Below are positions 57,591-64,000 of a stretch of 64,000 bases of DNA, in pieces. The notes below the pieces were generated by a model. That model made no database searches. It saw only the letters and a list, made by a program, of their open reading frames with translations, and was not told the origin of the DNA. Where the stretch lies: assembly GCA_964540635.1 (NCBI GenBank), contig CAZINP010000002.1, positions 99,346-163,345 on the forward strand, written 5' to 3'. The position numbers and the translations under genes are program-made. The number at the start of each line of letters is the position of its first letter. The stretch's first letter is position 1. This stretch comes from an uncultured Gammaproteobacteria bacterium (GTDB taxonomy: Bacteria; Patescibacteriota; Patescibacteriia; Buchananbacterales; UBA6539).

Positions 57591-58577
57591 TTATTTCAAT
57601 TTCCCTTTAATTATTCTTTGCAAATTCTTCTTGATATCAATTCCAACCGGACAAACCTCAGTACAACGATTGCACCCAACGCAGCCGGCTAGTTTGATAT
57701 CATCAAAACTTCTGACAAATTTATGCTCATACCAAAATCGGATTCGGCTAGTCGTATCCGGTAAAAACTTTGGCTTTTTACTATCCACCTCCAAACCGGC
57801 CACTTCGGAAAAATCGGTGTAAAAACAACTTGCCCATTGACGACAACGCTGCCCCGTGCCTTCATCCAGACCCGGTTGATCAAAGACATCAAAACAATAA
57901 CAACAAGGACAAATAATGCTACACTTCCCGCATTCTATACATTTTTTGCCCAATTCTTCCCACAATTCTTTGTCTTCATAAAATTTCTCTCTGATTTTTT
58001 GCATCTGACTGTCTGGACCCTCTTCTTTTATCGGTCCAACATATTCGATGTGATGATAGTCAGAATAACCGTAATGATCCAAAAGCCTTTGACCGTCTTC
58101 AGAGCCGGTATAAACAATGTATTCTTTCTTTTTTACCGCCAAAAAAATGTCAAACTTGATATGCTCCAAAATATCTTCCTTAAAATGCTCAATAAAGAAA
58201 CGATAATTATCTTCAGGCACCAAGCTATGACCAACAATTATTGTTTTTTTTATTCTCTGCTGAAAATAAGGATCATCGGCAAAAACTTGATTTAAGTAAG
58301 TTATCGCTTTCAAATCCGGTATGGTAATACCAAATAAAATCTGGGATGGCGCCTGATTTTCGCTTTTGATTTCAGTACCTTTATACGAAAAAAGCGCCTC
58401 GGAAGCTGGCACAAGCGCTTTTTTAAAGGAATGCAATGGCATTTCGCTTGAAATCACAATTTCTCTCGGGTCATCAACCAGATCAAAGACTAATTCATTG
58501 TTTTGTTTTTTAGGCGCCCAAAGCAAATTCTGCTGGCACAAATATTCTAAAAATTTATCCAATTCCTTTTGTATCAT
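57591..58577 (-). CDS. hydB: Group 3b hydrogenase beta subunit (4Fe-4S dicluster, AsrA-like)
   Basis: CIECGKCSIICPCCYCF, RQWASC, CVGCNRCTEVCPVGIDI. Confidence 0.92.
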   Translation of the reverse strand: MIQKELDKFLEYLCQQNLLWAPKKQNNELVFDLVDDPREIVISSEMPLHSFKKALVPASEALFSYKGTEIKSENQAPSQILFGITIPDLKAITYLNQVFADDPYFQQRIKKTIIVGHSLVPEDNYRFFIEHFKEDILEHIKFDIFLAVKKKEYIVYTGSEDGQRLLDHYGYSDYHHIEYVGPIKEEGPDSQMQKIREKFYEDKELWEELGKKCIECGKCSIICPCCYCFDVFDQPGLDEGTGQRCRQWASCFYTDFSEVAGLEVDSKKPKFLPDTTSRIRFWYEHKFVRSFDDIKLAGCVGCNRCTEVCPVGIDIKKNLQRIIKGKLK

Positions 58578-58711
58578 ACAGCTTTATTATAACATATTTA
58601 TGCAAATACGACAAAAAAACGGGGAAAAATTAATTTCCCCGCACCTTGAGGTTTATGAGTTTGGCATAAGACTATATCGCCAAAAAGCAAAATTTTGCCA
58701 GCACTCTTTTT

Positions 58712-59053
58712 TTAGTTTTGAGCGGCCCGAGACGCCATTGCCCGACGCTCGGCGTAATAGAGATACATCCGGTAGTAGGACGAATCCTCCTGAAAATAAC
58801 AATCAGATTTCGCCTTCTCCAAGAATAACGAAATCTCTTCCTCGGAAACAACAACCTCGGCAAACATCACTTGCTGACCACTGAAGATAGAATCAAATAT
58901 CTTCTTCTCAATTGCCAACAATTCCGCCTTTTTCCGATTTAGAATAGATTCCCAGTCTAAACCGGAATCAATCCCCTTGGCTTTCGCCTCTTTTAAGAAA
59001 TCTTCGTAACAATCCATCAGCCAAAAATAGATGTCGCGTTCGATACTCCACAT
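58712..59053 (-). CDS. Hypothetical protein (stand-alone gene)
   Basis: 113-aa ORF with AAGGAG upstream. Confidence 0.6.
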   Translation of the reverse strand: MWSIERDIYFWLMDCYEDFLKEAKAKGIDSGLDWESILNRKKAELLAIEKKIFDSIFSGQQVMFAEVVVSEEEISLFLEKAKSDCYFQEDSSYYRMYLYYAERRAMASRAAQN

Positions 59054-59221
59054 AAGCCTGACTCCTTATAGGTTCAAAGAACGATTTAATTTTTGCCACA
59101 TTAGCAAAAACCCCGCCACAGGCGGGGTAATTTGACATTTTTTTAATCTCAAATCAACTCGCTTGTGGCAAGGTAAGATATTGATGATTATTTAATTTTT
59201 TTATAAATAAATTCATATAAT

Positions 59222-59521
59222 TTACTTTTTGGATTTAGATCTTCTATTTAATATTGATTTATATCCGCCCTGACCATGATTAAGCCAATAAGCCACGCGC
59301 GTAACTGTAGTAGTTGATAAGCCGGTTTTTCGCGAAACTTCACGATAAGTCTGGTTGTTTTCAAGCAAAACAGCGGCCTGCCAACGCCTGGCCATTTCAG
59401 CCAACTCTTCCAATGTACACAAATCTCTGAAAAAATCAGCTGCTTCTTTTTGGTCTTTAATTTGGGCAATTGCCTTGAAAAGCTCTTTAATATTTTTGCT
59501 TTGCCATTTATTGGATTCCAT
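59222..59521 (-). CDS. TrpR-like (YerC/YecD) helix-turn-helix protein
   Basis: FFRDLCTLEEL...RW...TYREVSRKTGLSTTTVTRVAYWL..G.GGY. Confidence 0.93.
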   Translation of the reverse strand: MESNKWQSKNIKELFKAIAQIKDQKEAADFFRDLCTLEELAEMARRWQAAVLLENNQTYREVSRKTGLSTTTVTRVAYWLNHGQGGYKSILNRRSKSKK

Positions 59522-59637
59522 TCTTTTTAAATTTATAATGTTTTAGCTTATTAATACATTACCACAAGTAAAAATACTTGTCAAGAACCTAAAAAACTGG
59601 CAAAGTTTGCCGGTTTTTTAAGCTTAGTTTATTTTGC

Positions 59638-60663
59638 CTATTTAAGATTTTTTCCCAACTCTTCGGTCATTTGAACCATGCGCATTGAATATCCCCACTC
59701 ATTATCATACCAAGCCAAAACTTTAATTAAATTACCGCCAATAACTTTAGTATAAGGCAAATCAACAATTGTGGAAAAATTATTTCCAATGTAATCAGAA
59801 GAAACCAACGGCTCTTCCGTCGCATTTAAAATCCCCTTATAAAAAGGATCTTTGGCCGCTTTTTTAAAAGCAGCGTTAATTTGTTCAATGGTAACCGAAT
59901 CTTTTTTTACAACCGCCGTAATATCTGAAAGTGAGGCACAAATTGTCGGAACGCGAATGGAAATGCCATCAAAAGCGTTATTAAGACCCTGTATGACTTT
60001 TGTGGTGGCAATGGCTGCGCCGGTGGTGGTCGGAACAATATTTACGGCCGCCGCCCTGGCTCGTCTTAAGTCGCGATGCGGACCGTCAACCAAAACTTGA
60101 TCGGCCGTATAGGAATGGATCGTGGTCATAAACGCCTTTTCAATCCCAAAATTATCTTGCAAAACTTGCATTACTGGTGCAATACAATTTGTGGTACATG
60201 AAGCCATGGACACGACATTGTCTGACTTATTGGCTTTAAGACAATCAACAGAAAACCTTGTGCCATAAACTAAAGTTTGCGTCGCATCATCTTTTGCCGG
60301 TGCGGAAAGCAAAACGCGTTTGGCGCCGGCCTTGAGATGGCCGGATGCTTCCTGCTTGTTGGTAAAGCGACCGGTGCATTCTGCTACAATTTGAACGCCC
60401 AATTTCTTCCAAGGCAAATTCGCCGGATCTTTTTCTGAATAAATAGGGTAAAATTTACCGGCCACCTTGAGTCCATTCTCAACCGCTTCAACTTTTTTTT
60501 CGTATTGACGATAAACCGAATCATACTTGAGCAAATGGGCTAAAGTTTTCGCATCCATTAAATCGTTAATGGCCACGACCTGTAATTTTTTATTTTCTAG
60601 CGCTCCTTTAAAAACCGCGCGGCCGATTCGGCCAAAGCCGTTAATGGCAATTTTTGTTGACAT
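59638..60663 (-). CDS. gap: Glyceraldehyde-3-phosphate dehydrogenase type I
   Basis: INGFGRIGR, ASCTTNC, PTTTGAA, WYDNEWGY. Confidence 0.98.
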   Translation of the reverse strand: MSTKIAINGFGRIGRAVFKGALENKKLQVVAINDLMDAKTLAHLLKYDSVYRQYEKKVEAVENGLKVAGKFYPIYSEKDPANLPWKKLGVQIVAECTGRFTNKQEASGHLKAGAKRVLLSAPAKDDATQTLVYGTRFSVDCLKANKSDNVVSMASCTTNCIAPVMQVLQDNFGIEKAFMTTIHSYTADQVLVDGPHRDLRRARAAAVNIVPTTTGAAIATTKVIQGLNNAFDGISIRVPTICASLSDITAVVKKDSVTIEQINAAFKKAAKDPFYKGILNATEEPLVSSDYIGNNFSTIVDLPYTKVIGGNLIKVLAWYDNEWGYSMRMVQMTEELGKNLK

Positions 60664-60705
60664 ATTTTGTATTATTTTAATTATGTCTTAATTATAACAT
60701 ATAAA

Positions 60706-60746
60706 AATAATAATAAAAACGCCTCAATCGAGGCGTTATTATTATT
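60706..60746. terminator. Intrinsic terminator upstream of the gap promoter
   Basis: AACGCCTC/GAGGCGTT stem with AT-rich flanks. Confidence 0.65.
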
Positions 60747-60752
60747 GAGAAA

Positions 60753-61595
60753 TTATTTTATGTCTTTTCCTTCAACTGTAATTTTAACAACCTTAACATC
60801 CTTAAATTGTTTAATGGTTTCAGTTATTTGAGCAACCATTGCCTCCTTTCGACAAGCACCCTCAACCCCTTCCAGAATTTCAGCGGAAAAATCCAAATTA
60901 ACAATACCGTCTATTGACTCAACCTTATTAATTTTAATTTCTCCTTCCGGAAAATTATTCACATAGCCGTTTTTCATCTCTTCTTCACTTAAAGTAGAAA
61001 AAAGCGCAAACAAAACACTGGTGGCGAAATCATTTTTTATGACGACCTCCTTTTCCAGCGGATAAACTTCACCGCATTTTTTAAGATCCGGGTCTTTGTA
61101 AATATTAGAATAAAACAAAGACATAACCGGCTTCTTGTAATCCTTAAATTGAACTGGAACCTTGATTAAATCCATTTCTGATTTTTTATCTTCTGATAGA
61201 AGATAGGCCTGCAAAACGCCTTGCTGTGTGAAAGTAACGGGAAATTCCATCTGGAGAGAATATTCTTGATTATTATTTTGCAACTTTACCGAAGAAGTCG
61301 CTACCAAATTGTCCCACTCATCAATAAGTCTGAAATAAATTTCATCGACGTCAATCATTATTTTACCGGAAACAACAAGGGGGCTTGAAATAATTTCACC
61401 GCTTAGCGGTTTATTGATAATTATATCGTTTTTAATCACCGCGACCTGTCCGGCCTGCACCGAATAATTTTCATCTTCATTTATATTTTGCTTATAAAAA
61501 TCAGGAATATAAAAATTCGCACAACCGGACAACAAAAAAATGAAGGTTAAAAATAAACCTAAAACAAAAATTTTTTGCTTAAATATTATTTTCAT
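60753..61595 (-). CDS. Lipoprotein with Gmad2 Ig-like and GerMN domains
   Basis: Lipobox LSGC; ISSPLVVSG; LDFS...GAC...QITETIKQF; GGAGG upstream of ATG 61595. Confidence 0.8.
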   Translation of the reverse strand: MKIIFKQKIFVLGLFLTFIFLLSGCANFYIPDFYKQNINEDENYSVQAGQVAVIKNDIIINKPLSGEIISSPLVVSGKIMIDVDEIYFRLIDEWDNLVATSSVKLQNNNQEYSLQMEFPVTFTQQGVLQAYLLSEDKKSEMDLIKVPVQFKDYKKPVMSLFYSNIYKDPDLKKCGEVYPLEKEVVIKNDFATSVLFALFSTLSEEEMKNGYVNNFPEGEIKINKVESIDGIVNLDFSAEILEGVEGACRKEAMVAQITETIKQFKDVKVVKITVEGKDIK

Positions 61596-61621
61596 AAGCC
61601 GCAACCTCCTTTGGAGTATTA

Positions 61622-62053
61622 CTAAATACTCACAATATTGTAAGAGAAAATCTGTTCTGGTTTTTTGCCGGAAGAGCCGTAATTAAACTTAATCTCAAAC
61701 TCACCTTTTTTTTCAACCTTAAACCACCACTCATTAACATAACCGTTACCTTGTTTTTTAACTTCTTCGTCTTTTAAGGAAACGAAGGCGGAAGCATCCA
61801 CACTGGAAATGCTATGCTGCTTGAAAGTAACATCGCTGGTAAATTTGATATACAAAATATCACCCGGCGTAGTCGTTACCGTTTGGTTGTTCAGCGCCGA
61901 TAAGTCAATCACCTTGCCGGTTTCTGCCACAGAATCAGCAACGGGCGGTAGATCATTTTCAGTTGGCGTTGAAACTTTATTGCCATTGCCGCAGCCGGTT
62001 ACAAAAACCAAAAGAGCGGCAAAAAATCCGATTAAAACTATTTTTCTGTTCAT
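61622..62053 (-). CDS. Lipoprotein, possibly chagasin/I42-like Ig fold
   Basis: Lipobox VTGC; PGDILYIKF...WWFKVEKKGEFEIKFNY pattern. Confidence 0.65.
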   Translation of the reverse strand: MNRKIVLIGFFAALLVFVTGCGNGNKVSTPTENDLPPVADSVAETGKVIDLSALNNQTVTTTPGDILYIKFTSDVTFKQHSISSVDASAFVSLKDEEVKKQGNGYVNEWWFKVEKKGEFEIKFNYGSSGKKPEQIFSYNIVSI

Positions 62054-62856
62054 ATTAATTTTACATCTTTGGCCGGCACTTCAATAACTTCAGACTGATC
62101 GCCTTCTAGGGCCAAATCAACCGTCTGTTTCAGAGTGTGCCAACCGATTACTTTGCCCTTACCCTGTGGCGCTTTTACCTTGCTGCCCAGAGCCGGCAAA
62201 TTTTTTGCTAATTCATTATAAACCTCCTGCTCAAAAGCCAAACAACAGCGCAAACGTCCGCATTGCCCGGAAAGTCTTTCCGATCCACGATGAGCCACCT
62301 GTTGAATGTCAGCCAACTCAGAGGTAATGCTGGCCAATTCCTTGAGATGAGTTTTACAGCAAAGGGTGCGTCCACATGTGCCAACATCGCCGGCAATCTT
62401 TGCCTCATCTCTAATGCCGATTTGCTGCAAACGAATTGATTTTTGGAAGTGATGAGTTAACTCTTTAACCAACTGCCTAAAATCAACGCGGCCATCTGCA
62501 ATAAAAGGGAAAACCACCCTACTGCCGTCAAAAGAAAAATGAGCATCAATCACCTTCATTGGTAAATTCAGGCGCTCAACCACCTTTTTGCAATAATCAA
62601 GCGTGGTTGCTTTTTGCTTGTTAACCTCATTTTGATTTTCCACATCTTCAGTCATCACCTTACGCACGATACTCGCCTCTTCCGCACCTTCAATCTTTTC
62701 GGCCGCGGGCTCAAAAATTGAAACCACCCGACCAAGGTCATTGCCTTGCTCGGACTTAATTACAACCATATCGCCTAGCTCAATTCGAAAATCTTCAAGC
62801 TTGGCCACATACGGCTTTTCCCAAAGAGAAACTTGTATTTGGGCGTACCTTTCCAT
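62050..62856 (-). CDS. ricT: PSP1-domain protein RicT/YaaT
   Basis: ADGRVDFRQLVKEL, QIGIRDEAK, CGRTLCC, SGQCGRLRCCLAFE. Confidence 0.92.
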   Translation of the reverse strand: MERYAQIQVSLWEKPYVAKLEDFRIELGDMVVIKSEQGNDLGRVVSIFEPAAEKIEGAEEASIVRKVMTEDVENQNEVNKQKATTLDYCKKVVERLNLPMKVIDAHFSFDGSRVVFPFIADGRVDFRQLVKELTHHFQKSIRLQQIGIRDEAKIAGDVGTCGRTLCCKTHLKELASITSELADIQQVAHRGSERLSGQCGRLRCCLAFEQEVYNELAKNLPALGSKVKAPQGKGKVIGWHTLKQTVDLALEGDQSEVIEVPAKDVKLI

Positions 62857-62870
62857 AAATATCGTGAACG

Positions 62871-63656
62871 TTAAATTTGATAGCGTCGATAATCTTCGAT
62901 GACTGCCGAATTATTTTCGGCCAGAATCTTTTCAATGCTTTTTTTATCGTCTTTAATGAAAGCTTGTTTTAATAAACAAACATCCGTGTAAAATTTATTT
63001 ACCTTACCTTCAATAATCTTATCCCACATTGCCTCAGGCTTACCTTCATTTTTGAGCTGAACTTTATAGATCTCTTTTTCTTTCTTTAATTCCGCTGCAT
63101 CAACGTCTTCCGGTCTCAAGCACTTGGGCGACATGGCCACAACTTGCATGGCAATATCCAAGGCCAAGCTCTCATCACCTTTATCCAAAACCACCACGCT
63201 GGCGATCTTTTTATTTGAGTGCAAATAGCAACCCAAAGTTTGACCCTTAACAATATCAATAACAACCAATTGCAGATTCTCGCCAATCTTTACAATCATT
63301 TCGTTTTTAATCTTTTCTTCCGCCCAAGCTCTGAATTCATCAGTATCATCCATTGCCAATAATTTTTCCGCCAATTCTGAAACAGTATTGATAAAATCTT
63401 GATTACGGGCAACAAAATCAGTCTCACAGGCCAAACCAACGACGGCAACCTTACCGTCTTTTTTGGCAAAGGCAATTACGCCTTCTTTGGTGGCACGGTC
63501 TGACTTTTTTGCGGCTTTAATCGCGCCCTTTTTGCGCATTATTTCAACCGCTTTTTCAATGTCGCCGCCAGCTTCTTCCAAAGTTGCTTTGCAATCGCCG
63601 ATGCCGGCGCCGGTAATTTCACGCAATTTAGTTATTGCTTGAGTGTCAACGCTCAT
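62871..63656 (-). CDS. tsf: Elongation factor Ts
   Basis: LREITGAGIGDCK, CETDFVA; follows rpsB. Confidence 0.97.
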   Translation of the reverse strand: MSVDTQAITKLREITGAGIGDCKATLEEAGGDIEKAVEIMRKKGAIKAAKKSDRATKEGVIAFAKKDGKVAVVGLACETDFVARNQDFINTVSELAEKLLAMDDTDEFRAWAEEKIKNEMIVKIGENLQLVVIDIVKGQTLGCYLHSNKKIASVVVLDKGDESLALDIAMQVVAMSPKCLRPEDVDAAELKKEKEIYKVQLKNEGKPEAMWDKIIEGKVNKFYTDVCLLKQAFIKDDKKSIEKILAENNSAVIEDYRRYQI

Positions 63657-63694
63657 ATTGTATTTTATTTTAGATTTTAATTATGATTTACAAG

Positions 63695-64000
63695 TTAGTT
63701 TTTTCTGACCGGTCTTTTCGGTTTTTCCGGGGCTGGAGAAACAACCGGAGCCGGACGATCTTTAGCGCCTTCCATTACGGCCTGAGCCATTAAAGAAGTG
63801 AAGATTTCAATTGATTTGACCGAATCGTCATTTGCCGGAATCGGATAAGAAACCAAGTCCGGATTGACGTTGGTATCAACCAAAGCAATGATAGGAATAT
63901 TTTTCTTTTTTGCTTCGGCAACGGCGGTTTTTTCCTTTTTAATGTCAATCACAAAAATTGCATCTGGAATTTTAGTTAAGGTTTCAACGCCGCCAACCAT
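63695..64000 (-). CDS. rpsB: 30S ribosomal protein S2, C-terminal part (truncated by window edge)
   Basis: PDAIFVID, ALVDTNVNPD, IPANDD. Confidence 0.96.
   Translation of the reverse strand: MVGGVETLTKIPDAIFVIDIKKEKTAVAEAKKKNIPIIALVDTNVNPDLVSYPIPANDDSVKSIEIFTSLMAQAVMEGAKDRPAPVVSPAPEKPKRPVRKN

Noticed and set aside
59093-59171. TTGCCACA...TGTGGCAA inverted repeat near the trpR-like gene as an operator
   Set aside because: The arms are about 60 bp apart, and one coincides with a likely extended -10 element; insufficient support.
339-62408. Numerous short antisense or overlapping ORFs in the track (e.g. 12328-12897, 58366-58884, 57837-58295)
   Set aside because: Shadow frames of well-supported genes with no recognisable motifs.
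1-64000. CRISPR arrays, tRNA/rRNA genes, transposases, TGA recoding
   Set aside because: No repeat-spacer periodicity, cloverleaf or rRNA motifs, or transposase ORFs were seen. TGA acts as a normal stop and conserved genes are uninterrupted.

Overview
A 64-kb, AT-rich, gene-dense chromosomal segment that reads as a Patescibacteria/CPR (Parcubacteria/ABY1-like) bacterium using genetic code 11; the taxonomy is inferred from gene content and style. Most of it is housekeeping: translation (fmt, def, gltX, serS, lysS, proS, greA, frr, tsf, rpsB), cell wall and shape (alr, ddl, ftsQ-like, mreBCD-mrdA, a second mreB, an M23 peptidase, glycosyltransferases) and lower glycolysis (gap, pgk, eno, two gpmI). 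From about 15.4 kb to the end nearly every gene is on the minus strand. Highlights: (1) a group 3b [NiFe]-hydrogenase locus lies between gap and pgk with a stripped-down, apparently re-engineered accessory set: a zinc-finger-less HypA, a His-less HypC, a DUF6390-like protein ending in a HypC-like His motif, a solitary NikMN/CbiMN module, EamA and CNNM transporters and an unannotated 28-aa Cys-rich peptide. No hypB/D/E/F or maturation protease is in the window. (2) A single Xer-type recombinase has a symmetric dif-like site (14-bp arms, 6-bp spacer) overlapping its own promoter, and the module is bracketed by a 15-bp direct repeat. (3) There are three GC-rich structured RNA candidates, each behind a good sigma70 promoter, none matching a family I recognise. 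(4) Several small ORFs missing from the ORF track, including two very basic peptides. (5) Many apparently leaderless genes, and an operon-linked MreB with substituted catalytic residues. No CRISPR array, tRNA, rRNA or transposase was seen.
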